Shown piece by piece: positions 20,661 through 33,640 of a stretch of 64,000 bases of DNA. This DNA is from Phallusia mammillata (taxonomy: Eukaryota), in NCBI GenBank assembly GCA_965637545.1, contig OZ281494.1, forward strand, positions 2,418,001 to 2,482,000, read 5' to 3'. Made by a program: the position numbers and the translations under genes. Each line of letters opens with the position of its first letter. Position 1 is the first letter of the stretch. The notes beneath the pieces were generated by a model. That model made no database searches, had not been told where the DNA came from, and saw nothing but the letters and a program-made list of their open reading frames with translations.

Positions 20661-23600
20661 ATGACAAGTTGTGCAAGTCTCTTTCACGAGTTATCGGAGA
20701 CCGGTCTATGGGATCTGATAGCTGACGACCGATCTACCAATCTTATCGCAAAAGCTCTACTCGACAACGGCCTTCTCCGACATAAAGATTTCTGGGAAAT
20801 CCGAATCCAGGCAACAGAGAAATCAAGATTCAAAGCTCTTATATTATACATAGACTTGGTTATAAGTGAGCATAACGACCCTAAATTGGAGTTTAATGTG
20901 TCGACTATTATTGTCCTTTTGGTAAATGCTTTGTATCAGGGTTTAATTGAAAACCAATCGCTTACTTACTGCAGCCAGTTGCGTATTTGTTTCTTAATAC
21001 AATGGCTTGTAGATTACAGCGAGGGCCAAACGTACTTAAAAGCAAGCCAGAAGGTTTGCACTTTGTCAGGAATTCCAAGCCACAAACGTGACAACTCATC
21101 AGGTGCATTAACGACCGACCTATATGACGTCACGCCCCCCAGGCCCGCATTTACGAGCTCGCGAAGTTTTTCGGTCACAGCGCAGGTCCACGATTTTGCA
21201 TTACTCAACAACAAGAGTAGCGGGCGAGATGTTCCTAAGGTAGCGGGCGCGAGTGAAACAAGGAAACTGTTTAAAACTGGCGTAAACAGACATAAGAAAC
21301 GAAGCAAATACCAGCAGCCGATTCCCCGAGGCGTTTTAGCGTCTCACGATTACATCGAAGCTTTGGAATGTTGCGAATCTAATCAGCTTCCAACTTCACA
21401 CAACAACGATAACAAGAGAGAGAGGTTTCTTTCTCTACCAGGGCAAGTCGACAGCGAGATGGAGATTGTTGCGACGGCTTGTGGCATTAGACAGACTTTA
21501 GGCTTCAATCCCGAATGCATGGAGAATAACCGGAGCTCTAGGACTGGTTCATTTAAACAGAGAGTTACTGTCCGCGACGGAGAGATTAACGACGTTTTTG
21601 AAAGTTGCGATCGATTTAAATCTCTCTCCTGTCTCGACAGACTTCGTAATTTTTCTTCTAGTAACCTCGATGAAAACCAACGCGAAGATGTCGATGTGTG
21701 TTGTGACGTAACAAACGGTGATAGTGACGGAGGATTTGTGTCACATGACGAAGCAGATATTGTTTCAATTTCTTCTTTTGCTTCGGCGTCAAGTTTCTCG
21801 TCTGAGATTTTGAACGGTTGGTTGAACGAAGAGGAATTTGATTCGAGACAGGATTCTTTGCTGGAAAGCAAGAAAATGGAACAAACTGGTGAAGTAGATA
21901 ACAAAGAAAATGTTACAGCAAAGGTCAGCAATGTCAAAGAAAACCCAGTTACATATGTTTGCATCAAAGAGCCAGACGCCAAAATGCTAATTCAAGAATC
22001 TGAAGTTCAACGTAAGGTTGTAGAGAGTAAGTTAACGACGTCAGTTACCATGGGAACAGTACCCAGAACACAGAGAGACGTATTTTGGTCGACCGAGCCC
22101 GAACTAAGATCAACTGTGGACTTTAGAAAAGTGCTGCCAGATCTCCTGAAGTTCAACATATTCAGCGCTGAACAGAAATCGAGGTACGGGGATTTCAAGG
22201 GCAAGTTTTCCAGTTTGATTTTACAAGCTGTTGGTGAAAGAATCGACCAAGATGAGTCAGTGCTGGGACCGTTTCTGCTGGCTCTGCGGCCTCATTACCC
22301 TGCAGTTGTGGATAAAATACATCAAAGAGTATTTTGTGAAGTGCACAGCCAAAGACCGAAGTCAGGATCTCTTCAAAACGAAAATTGTGACACCGGTGGT
22401 GAAGGATTCCAGAAAACAAGGTAACATTTGAAAGTGTTGTTCAAACTAGATCTATCAGCTACGCTACAACTCCATCAGCTGCGACTAGCACTCATTAGCC
22501 AACACTTTATCCATTATTACCATGTTATTAATTATGCTTACGGGTTTTAGTTTTGCACTTATCGTTGTTGTGTAATTTATGTAAGGATTAAAACAAGTAC
22601 TTGAGACCCTTATTCGGTATTAGCACTGCAACTGCCGAGTCTGCGTGTTTTAGTTGGTTGAGCGCTCAGCCTGTGGTTGTGGTTTGTATCCCACAACATG
22701 CTTAATCTTACTAAGGCCACGCATGCTGTAGTAAACATTGAAGACCCACTTGGGCTCAAACCAACTTTTAAATCTAGAAATTCAAATCTCTATTATAAAA
22801 CGTTTTACCGCGTGTCTTTTGCTATCGTAATTTTTGCTTTGCCAAGAAAGTCAGGGGCTCAATTTAGGTTGCTGTTGTTGCCTCTAAATTTTGTAAAAAC
22901 TTTCTCGTTTGTTTTAATATTCATTATCGTTCCAGGGGGTTCCCCAAGCATCAGCGACGTTACAACTTCGACCACCAGGGGTCGCCCTATCGCCCTATCA
23001 CGTGACCCCGATCACATGATAAACTTGCAAAAAAACTACTTGCCACATCCTGCTACAAGTCGTTACTTCTCAAAGGGTAAGCCAATAGTTTGAAGTCTAT
23101 ACCATTCTTTTTTATGGGACAACATTGCACTAGCGCGACGGTCGAAACTTAAGACTGTACCTAAAAATAACTAACACATGTACAGTTGATGTTGCTTTGG
23201 TTGCACTTTCCCCGGGCCAGATAGAAGGGAAGTAGAACATAAGTCAGATTTGAGGGCAATGTGATATAGACATATACACTGTGTTGTCGTTGGACTGAAG
23301 GCAAAAGTATATGAAACAAAAGTTATCTGATTGTTAACACTAAAGCAAGCGCTGCAATCTTTGCCCCTTGCGCCCCAAAACAAAGACAGTGCAGCTTTAC
23401 CATCGGTTTTTGTTTAAGGTAGTATTCAGACGTTTACAGCTAGAAACTGTGCACACAATTAATGACATCTCATATTTTCCTTCATTATTTTTCAGATACT
23501 TTAAAGCACTCAGCAATCCCCAACAACAATACAACAGCACCACAGATTAAACCAAGTCTTACAACACTGACAACCCCGAACCAACACACCAGACTTGGTC

Positions 23601-26600
23601 TTAAAGCCAACAACACAAAGAAATTATCGTCCACAAATGACGCTAGAGCACATTCTTCACCAAAGAAAAATGCGAAGAACAGTAAGGAATTACCATCCAT
23701 GAAAACTGATGACAAATTGGTTGAGAGCAAGAAAACGCTCAACCATAAGACGGTGGCGGACCACAGTTTGCAACCAGTGATAGTTGAACCAGAGCAGTTC
23801 AACCAACCAGCGGACCAGGTAGACAAAACAGTAGACACGAAAGATGGAGAAACGAAATTGCCAAAAGAAGATTTATCGAAAACCGATCAACCAGAAGCCA
23901 ACGAAGATCAGCAACCATCATGCCTAGATGAAACACCAACCAAAACTTTGCCAGAAGAAGAAAAAGGTAAGCACCACTTTTTAACCATTTAAATGGGACA
24001 AACAAGAGAAAACGTCTGTTATTGGTGTATTAAGTATTTGATTTTCCTGTCCATAAAAGTAGGTGAAGTCAAATATTTCTTGTAATTAGATCAGCATTAG
24101 AAAACTAGCTCGTTACTTTGATCGCGGACAACTTGCAACGCTTATAGGCAATATCCGATTTCGAATCAGTTACACGGTTACATGCGTGAAACTTTATTGC
24201 ATGACAACGACGTCCGATGTCCAGGAAATTGCCCGGTGACCTTCAAACCTGTCTGGCGACCTTCAGGGCGACACGTGACCCTATTGTGACGCGTTCAAGT
24301 CTCATAAGTTCAAACAAAGGGGCACCGACTGCACAAAGCATTGCCGTAAACCTGTTTGACAGGGGCCCTATATTTAACTGTAGGTTCTTGCAGATGAATA
24401 ACGGCTTTGTTGGAAAGAAAAGTTTAAACCTTGCAATTTGACATTTGGCACCACATAGTTATCTGTAACTTTGCGAGATAAGACACTTGCGTGTAATGTT
24501 TGCATCAACGTTATCAGCTTGCAAGATAAGGATGAAAGACGAGCTCTGTTGCAGCTGAGACGTGAAATACCAAACTACTTCTGTGACACATTAGTGGCAA
24601 CGGAAACTCCATTAAAATTCCTGTAAAGTTAAAGCCACGAGTTCAAGGTCGAAATGCACTTAAGGTTCAATATCTTGTGCACAAAATCCGACTTAAAATT
24701 ATAGACTTACAAGTTTTATCGTGTTTTGGACATTGCGGCATTTTGTACAAACATATTTTGCCTGACAAGTTTTTTTTTTACCACATAGCGGTATCTTGGC
24801 AAAAATGCAGTTATAACAATGAAAAAATGCTTATAAATGACGAAAACTGATAAAACTGATATATTATCAACAAAATAGAAGAAAGAACTTTAAAATGTTA
24901 AAGCGTTTTTCATACATCTGTTTTTCAAATCGTGTGTTGAAATTAATTTTCTTTTTTAAAAACCATACTGGCTACAAAAAGTTAAAAAATCCACTTTAGT
25001 AATACCAAAGCAACAAAGTCTTGAAAAATGTGAAACAGTCGTGTTTTTCATGTGGTTTTTGAATCGTGCTTCTAAATTAATTTTCTCCCTTCTAAACCGC
25101 ACTGCACTTGTTATCAATAATCACCAGCAACAAACAACATAGATTCGCACTCAATTAGTTTTGCCAAGATCCAAGAACCACAACACTCAGGATTTACACA
25201 ACAACTACGGTGGGATACCACAGGGTGCGATGCTATCTCTACTTCGCGGTAAAAACTTAAAACACGTGCAATGTACCCGGTGATTTATCGATATTGCAAT
25301 CAATTTCAATCTGAAGGCGTTTGTTTTGTGCCCAACCCGAATCTAATTTTGTGCAAAACCGCAAGTTTTTTGTTTAAGCGGAAACCAGTTCATCGTTTTG
25401 CATCGGAAAACAGGTTATAACAGCGGTTCTCAAACTGGGGTCCGCGGCCCTTTAGGGGTCCGTGAGGCAATTTTGGGGGGACCGCGAAAAGGTTGAAGTA
25501 ATTTTATAATCTTATTTGGGGTCAGTTTGTGTCACTAAATAAGTTCAAATCAAAGTAGAATTGAGAATGTACTGTCTGTATTGCTAAACAATAGCCTTTA
25601 TTGCATGACAATTAACAAAAATGCAATTGTTCGCGCACAATCGTAATGTTTTTTTGTCTTGTTTGTGATGTCACAAGCATCTTTGAAACATTATTATTCG
25701 CAGTTTTGTATAACTAGTTAAAATCCTGCAATCAACTTTCGTTTTTCTGAAATACACATTCAAGCTTGAGGACCGCGAGCCCTTGAAATAATGGCAAAGG
25801 GGCCGTTTTGAAAAAATAATGAAAAAGTTTGAGAACCACTGGGTTACAACATTTAAAGTTTAAACTAAGAATTTTTGTATTGTTCCTAAAAATAAAATAA
25901 AATTAAAGAACATTTTAGCGGTTTTTAGATGTCGTATAAACCTTCATGTTAAATTAGGATTCGTGTAAAATAAACATGTTTAGACATTTTTTTTATTTTC
26001 GTTTCTTTAAGTAAGAAACAAATGTATTAGCAAGTTGCTGAGGTTACCAATATAAATAGCATCACCTGGCCTAATACGGAAATAAATCAAGATTATAAAT
26101 GATAGAAAGCGCAGATAAATAATGCAAATAAAATGTCCACAAATTAATGTGTAACAGCTACAACGCCAAGTTGAAAAATCAAAGTTTGTTAATGTTCACA
26201 TAAATGAAATGCAATAAACAAAAAAGTCGATTTTACACCGACAAGGTTCAGCAACACAACTACATTGTGACGTCGTAAACAATCCCTTATGACGTGTCCT
26301 CGGTACTTAAACCCCCGAAGATGAATCGGTAAACGCTTGTCTCCTGTGTTTGCGTTTTATTGCCCCCTTGAAGTAAAACCGTTAATCGCAAACAAGTTCG
26401 CCAACTGCACACTTTTTCCCACGCAACCACTTTTACCTTCGTTGATTATAAAAAGAAAAAAACAGAGTCTTTGACAAACACACATTTCCAAATAAGGCTT
26501 CATTTCTTTAAAGGTTCCGAGATTTTTTACCATCTTAAAAAAACAACTTATAAGACTTGTTGTTTGGTGAAATTTAATATATTGTGCTTTTTTAAAAGCA

Positions 26601-29600
26601 TTTAAACATAAGAACCTTTTATCTTTGATAACAAAAAAAATCTTGGAAAGTGTTGGAAAGTAGGTCATATATTTTATCGTTAATTATTACCCTAACCCTA
26701 AGTATTGTTTTTGATAAAACTAATAGTTTTCTTTTCTTACAAAGGTACAACCGACAAAAGTACGGAGCCCATCAAACGAAGTAGCCATGTGAAGCGCGCC
26801 ACATCTTTCCAGGAGCACAGAACCGGACAATGCGCTACTGGAGTGGATAAAATTACTCCCGAAAACAAAACTAAACGCAGTCGCCTCCTGAAAAACTATT
26901 TCCACGAGAAACAGGACGGAAAACCGCGAACACGATCTCTTAGTTTTTCATCACATCCAGAAAAGAGCCAGAAAACAAAGAATTCTCCAACAGCAGACGA
27001 AATAATACAATCCAAGCTTGAACAACTCAGCATGGGCACAGAGGCTTCACAAACTGACAAAGATGACCCTGACGCAGTTTTAACGGAGTTAGTCAAGCGT
27101 TGCGTGGTAAGCGCGCGTTCGGGATGGTTAATCCGAAGATTCCCGAGTGTTTCCGATCGTCGAAACAAGCTTCTCACCCTATTGGCTAATTTGCCTGAAT
27201 GTGACGTAGCGGAAGTGAAAGAAAATTGTCCAATCACAATCGAGTTTGTGAAACGCAACTGTCGCGTGGAAAAAACAACGAAACCAGAAAAAGAAAAGGT
27301 AAAAATTCGTAATCTCTTTAAACGTTGATTAACTAACAAGCTTAACGAAAGCAACTTTGAATACATAGGCTTGAAAACCAAAAAGTTTCGAACAGGCCCA
27401 AACTCATCAAGTGTGTTGAGTTTCAAACAAGTTTTAAGAACGGTTTCGGACAAGGCATTATTTGTATTTGAAAAGCACGAACAATAACTTTCTAATTATA
27501 GTGTTGAAGCCAAAGTGCCAAAAATGGCCTTTGACTTAAAACTCCCTAAAACGTGGTTAGAAAAAATGCGCTTGATAACGATATAACATATCATTCAAAC
27601 ATATCATTCAGCATGTTCATTATAAGGGTTTCAAAGACGTTTAACCTGACATTGCAGTCAAACCAAATTACCAAAAAATCCCATTTACTAAGCAAAGGGA
27701 TTCACAAACGTTCTATTAATTACTCTTTCCTTTCACGTAATTTTTTAAGGAATCACCTCCAAAGGAAAACAATGATGTCACTATGACGTCAGCGACCGCC
27801 AAACCGAACCTCGAATCTACGTCACCACCGCAGTAAGTGCAAATAAACACAAAGTTTCATCTCTGTGACAGAGTAGGTTATAAATACGAGATTACATTGA
27901 TCGGATTAAACTTCTGCGTCATAACTTTGTTTCTGGATGGGCGCGACAACTTGAACTTGCGTTTTGAGGAGAAAGTCGAAAAAATTACAAGTGTAGTGCG
28001 AATCTTTACGTGCTATTTGTGGCTTTGTTGTCTCACAAGGGACATGTAATGTTATGTTTCATTTTCAAACGTTGCGGCAAATGCTTATGTCATGATCAGT
28101 AGTTTGCCGAAAACTTTTTGTGACTTGGACATCGTTCTTTTTGCGTCTATTCGATTTCACATAAAGAATAATGTGACTGTTTCAGAGATTTGTCCACCAC
28201 TATTATTTAATATTAACACAACCACAACATACAATAATGCAAGATTTTGTTTTTAAACGAGCTTTCAGCAATCAAACCACGTGACTTATATATTTGTTGC
28301 GACATTTACCATTTCTATTTCCATGTGAAAGTTTTAGGTGAAAAATAAGTTTAAAATATACCTGTTGTAAATGGATATAATTAACTGAACGGGCTCAGTA
28401 GAGAAATGCCTTAAAAGGAAAATCCTATAGTAACGCCCCTACGTTTTAATTACGCAAGAACCGCTTAGTATAATCGCAGTACGAGTAATGAATTGCCCAA
28501 ATTGTTATCGCATAGTTTAATTGCAGGAATCAGTGTGAAATACAAGGAACTGAATCTAAGAATATGCTTGAAGTTGAAGCAGAGGTGGAAGCCACAACAA
28601 CAACCACAACGGATCTCTGCGGAGCAAAACGACTTCGCGGCGCTAATTCCGATTTAAACCGCGACATCGATTGTGACATCACACTTGAAGAGGCGCGGCA
28701 AGCAGAAGAGAATGAAAGAGAAAGAATCCGGGTCGGTGAAATCGAGGCTTTTTCTCTCGCCGCTGCACCTGAAGAGAAGGTTGGCCCGCCGACAGAAAGC
28801 TTTTCAAACTTGAACTGCTCGCAGCAAAACAATATCACAGCGATAGATCAACAATCATTAACAGAAGCAGTGCAAGATAGTACAGAAAACTTCCCGAAAC
28901 AACAAGCTAAGGAGCTTAGTACTGGTGATAATTTAAAGGAAATCAAAGCAGCAAACTCAGGCGAGAAATTGAAGAAAAAAAGTGGCACTTTTGTCAGCCA
29001 CATTTTGTTTCCTATTTCAAAGAGGAAAAACGCGGAAATACGAAAGAAATCAGAAGTTGGAAAACTTGCAATTCCAGTAAAGGTGACGCAGAGCGCAATA
29101 ACAGAAAAGCAAAAAGATTGCCCAGGCAATTCTTTCAGTGAAATAAACTCCGAAATGCCACCTGTGTTATCTGTTGTCCCGACTCAGAAGATGGATCTAA
29201 TACATGGACATTGTATGGAACCAATTCACTTTGACAGGAGGTCGCCTTCGCCTCTTACGACAATCTTAACAAATGGGGGAAATATTTCGCCGCCTTCGAG
29301 CAAAAAGAAAGGAGCTCGAGTCTCATTCAGCCAACTTCCCCCGGTAGAGATCGAGCTGGAGCCGCAGGATTCAGATTGGGACTCGAAGTCGAACTCTCAC
29401 AGCACCAATGTGACTTCGCTGGTCACCGATTCAGTTGTGACTCTCACAGTGAAATCAGAACCAGTTGTTCAGGAGCAATCGCTAACAAAGCCTGTTATTG
29501 TGACGAAGAAAACAAAAAAGAAGCCTGTCAATCATTCTATTAATGAAATAGATCAGATTAACGAGCTGCTGATGGATATACTCGAGGAAATTGAGGCTGA

Positions 29601-32600
29601 CAATATTTCACTCAACCATTGCTTGGATAACTTGGTACGCGATGGACTTATGAGTGAAGATGTTGCTCTCAGTGTGAGTCCGAATTTCGTGGAGTTCCAA
29701 ACACGCTCGGCGTCACCTACATTAGTGGATGAATATCAGAGCGACGTCGAAAAGGAACGAGGTGTAGAGAAACTTCTCGACGTCCTAACCAACCTTGGAC
29801 TTGAAAAGTTGCAACGCTGCCGCAATTGTGTTTTGGGTCGCTTGTGTCAACTCGCCAGATACGAAGATTTTGAAAGCGCACAAAAAGCGGCCGCAGCAGC
29901 CAGCGATTCCTCCCCTGAACTCTCAGCTAGCAGAAAAACTTACGAAAAACCCGAAATTGTAAAGTTTCCCGTCGTAAACTCTCCACCACGCGCTCTCACA
30001 ATAGGGAGAGTCCCTTCTACCGAAGACTCTGAGTTATCTGCCACTGAATCTGATGATGACTTTTACTCGTTACGTCATCAAATCGGACGTCAGCGTCATG
30101 ACGTCATCACCAATCCGACAATCGAGGAAGAAGATGATGACAATGATTTCTCTGCAGAAACTAATAAAAGGCTTGATCAGAATCACAATGTTCTCGGTTC
30201 GAGGGAGATTGTTGACGTCAAAGCTGCGATGCCAACTTTGATTGATAACTGCGTCATAGCGCCACGTCATGCTTGGCTGATTTTGGGCGCGGGCGATGAA
30301 CATGACCAGAAAGCAAAGTTGAAGCAATTTCTTCGCCTCGCGGATCAAGCGAAACTCCAATCTTTGTATTCAAATCCGCAATTCAGTTGGATTAAAACCT
30401 TGATGGAAGATGACAATATTGTGGAGGCTGTTTCAAATCCGCGTCTCTCATTTCTCAAAGCAAGAGAGAGATTTCAGAAGCCAGCATCCAAACTGGGAAG
30501 ATCTTCCTCCCTTCGTGCATCCGATCTTCATGGAGGGAACGCTCCCAATTTTTCGGATGTTGCTGATCTTGTGGAGAAGCACGCCGCGGCTCGGGAAGAG
30601 CAAGAGAAGAGACTCTCTCCTCCTCTGGACGCGCTCCTGAAAGGAAGAGGAGCAAGTTTGAGAAGAACTCAATCCGTGAACATGAACACTGGCGCCAACT
30701 TAAGGGAGAACAGAAATACCGACAACGGAACTGGTAAGATTAACAAAGATAAAGATACAAGTGGTTATCAAGGATGAACAAGAATATACTGAACTTAAAA
30801 AGTATACCAAAATTTTTGAAAGTATACCAAAATTTGCTTTTTATATAATATGTGTTCATTCTGCACCACATTAATCAAAGTTTTAATAATTGTCAGTAAT
30901 ATATTCAATATGAATTGTCAAATACCAATGTTTGAGAAATTTAAGTGCTTTGAAACGGCTCCTTTCGTTAAAGTTTTTCATAGCCTAACTCTAAACAAAC
31001 CGCTTGCTAAATGCATAACGATTACACCACCTTCTTGTTTAATTTGTTAAAATAAATTGACCTTTTAAGCGTATGCTAGTACGAAAGCATGCCTTAGTCA
31101 TTGCCTAAATTCATATTTGGAAATGTCAAGTATGAAGGCGATTAATTTGACAACTTAAACCTCGCGCGCCTTTAACGTAATTACTTGAATACCTCACTAA
31201 CACACTTGACACCACACACACACTTAATTGTGCAGCAATTTACATCAATTACACGTGTTCATGCGAAGATCTAAACCTTATGTGCATGAAATTGGTTTTT
31301 GCAAACTAAATTAGGAATTTGGTTTTAAACCGGTTTTCAAAAGTTGTTATTGCTTCAGTAAAGTAAAGCATTAACTGGGAGTCTGATCTGTTGAAATTCT
31401 ATCAAAATATATTTTAGAATTGACCTGATGGAAACTCTAAACCAGGGGTTTGCAACCTTTGTAACTGTGGGGCCAAATACAATTGCCAAAATTATATTGC
31501 GGGCCGCACCTTTATGTAACACAAGGTGATTTTACTTTGTTGCATGCCAAAAATGCCTTACTACAAGTAAAATTCGCATTTGATTCGTGCAGCATGTTGT
31601 CAGTTCGCAGAAAAATAGCACAGGGCGCACTAATCTGCTCATGAAAATATAATAAATGGACTCGATTGCCAGTACATTTTAAATCCAAGTGTCTCTGCGG
31701 GCCGCACAACTTTAGTCAAAGGGCCGCAGGTTGCCCACCCCTGCTCTAAACTAACAATTAAAATATCTTTTAATTCAGATTGTGAAAAACGTTTTATTTC
31801 AAATTGGCATATTTGTTGGTCAATAAATCAATAATATTTCGCCCCAAACCAAAAAAGCAAGTTTAAATTTACCCACATGTTGATTTACAGCCTGAAATTT
31901 AAATGACAGTGCAGCTAATTGCAGCGCCCTTTCATGAAATTTTAGCATTTTGATGTTGTTTACCACGCCATTAGGACAAGTATCCTTTTTTACCGTTTTG
32001 CATCATTACTGTAACACAGCTCATTTATAGCAAAATAAATTAAAATTGTTTTTTTGCTGTTACGTGCTAGAGAACGAAATTGAATTTAAATTTACCCCAA
32101 TGTCAGTTTACAGTTTAAACTGGCATTGACTGTAAATGATTGCTGCGCCTTTTTTCAATTTTACGTTTTTTTGTATTATTATAAGCTTACCTGATAGCAT
32201 CAAAGGTGACGTTCGTTTCTATAAAGTTCATAACATATAATTAAGTATTTTTTTAGTTTTCAGTAGGGCAGGGGTCAGTAACCTTTTTTGTGCCGCGGAC
32301 CGTTTTTGAAACGGAAATTTTTTTGCGGACCCACCTTTAAAAAACAACAAATATTCAGCAATGAAAACGACACAATTTTGCCGCTGTAGAGGACTCCATT
32401 TAGCAAAACAAATTAGCATTACTTTCTTGCTTATTCCAGACGAAAACTTGAGCAGTTGGTGCCGTTCCAAGCAGCTTTCCCAACAAATCACCGACGCCCT
32501 GTCACAAAACGGATACCAGGGAGTTGACGATCTGCGGGGAATCACCGAAAGTGAGATCGAGCAGCTGAGCGGACTTGGTTGGATCGAAAAAGCCAAATTG

Positions 32601-32690
32601 TGGGTCGCGGTTGAAAACATGAGATTGGATGAGTTTTATCAAAAGACACACAGCGGTCTCGCCGATATTATGAAGATACTAGACAAGTAG
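20661..32690 (+). CDS. Large uncharacterised protein (about 1,814 aa) with five CARD-like death-fold segments and a C-terminal SAM domain
   Basis: Proposed exons 20661-22398 (alternative donor 22420), 22936-23076, 23496-23966, 26745-27298, 27750-27832, 28527-30733, 32440-32690 (5445 nt, phases consistent), backed by long ORFs at 20562, 23462, 26705, 28564 and 32361. CARD-like segments at about 20661-21020, 22068-22335, 26995-27255, 29550-29850 and 30170-30410. SAM-like segment LSSWCRSKQLSQQITDALSQNGYQGVDDLRGITESEIEQLSGLGWIEKAKLWVAVENM at 32440-32625. The first donor and the C-terminal end are uncertain. Confidence 0.72.
25421..25841. mobile_element. hAT-type MITE
   Basis: TIRs CAGCGGTTCTCAAACT / AGTTTGAGAACCACTG; TSD GGTTATAA/GGTTACAA. 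Confidence 0.85.
28040..28152. mobile_element. Family H1 copy c: two degenerate fragments in inverted arrangement
   Basis: 28064-28100 (TTCAAACGTTGCGGCAAATGCTTATGTCATGATCAGT) matches copies a and b; 28103-28152 (TTTGCCGAAAACTTTT...TTTTTGCGTCTATT) matches them in the opposite orientation. Confidence 0.55.
31443..31743. mobile_element. hAT-type MITE
   Basis: TIRs CAGGGGTTTGCAACCT / AGGTTGCCCACCCCTG; perfect TSD CTCTAAAC. Confidence 0.88.
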
Positions 32691-33405
32691 AAAGGGTGAG
32701 AAATACGTTGTTTTGTACGTTGCACAAAGTTCAACAGCAGTGCAGCCTATTAGTATAAGAACTGAAACTAATAATATTCATGAAAAAAATTACAACATCC
32801 TTTCGTTTTTGAGTTTGATCATTTCAAGTTCCAAGTTTAAAACTTAAACAAAAAGTGTAGGACTCGACAGACACAATTCAGTGCTTTGTCTAACTCTCGA
32901 ATTTATTGTATTTTAAACTTTTGATTTTTTACAGAAACCCAAATAAAGTTGGCGCATATAACAATCAACAGGATGGTCAGATCTCAACAAAACTCTGCTG
33001 CGACACCTAAAGGAAATATTCACCAAATGTATGAACACTTCTTACAGTGTATCCACTGAGAACAGTTTTGTATAACTGCACAAGTAGTCATAAGCAAAAG
33101 CGTCTGCCTTATTTACCGGACAAAAACATTTTGTTGCAAACCAGGGAATTATGTTAACTTTTCGTGTTTTTTACTTGCTTCTTATACATTTTACAATTTA
33201 TTTCTTTTTTATGTTCCGTGTTTATGCTGAATTGTTAACTTACTTTTATGGCATATGCCAACATGCTCAAATACACATGTACACAACTACGACGTGTTTT
33301 AGTTGTTTACACTACGAAAGTGGAAATATCTTTACAACAACAATACTAGAATTAGGCTACTTACAACGGTTCCTTAAATAACACCAAAAACTCCTCCATC
33401 TAACG

Positions 33406-33640
33406 CAGTGGTCGGCAACCGCCGGTCCGCGGCCCGGTACCGGTCCGCGAGGAGTTCGTTACCGGGCCGTATAATTTTTCAGGGTAAATGCTATGAACAT
33501 TTTGCCCATGTATTTCGGGGATGATAAACTAATTTAAGCGTTTTTATTGCTAAATATTTGTAGTTTTTTTTATGACCGGTCCGCGGTAAAATTTTCATTT
33601 CAAAAGCGGTCCGCAGTGCAAAAAAGGTTGCCGACCCCTG
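33406..33640. mobile_element. hAT-type MITE
   Basis: TIRs CAGTGGTCGGCAACC / GGTTGCCGACCCCTG; perfect TSD ATCTAACG; GGTCCGC subterminal motifs; a partial inverted relative lies at about 32268-32335. Confidence 0.9.

Noticed and set aside
21014-22419. Antisense ORFs (e.g. 21383-21982, 199 aa; likewise 26896-27453, 37233-37457, 43609-44136)
   Set aside because: Shadows of long plus- or minus-strand coding exons, with Ser/Leu-rich composition and no recognisable motifs.
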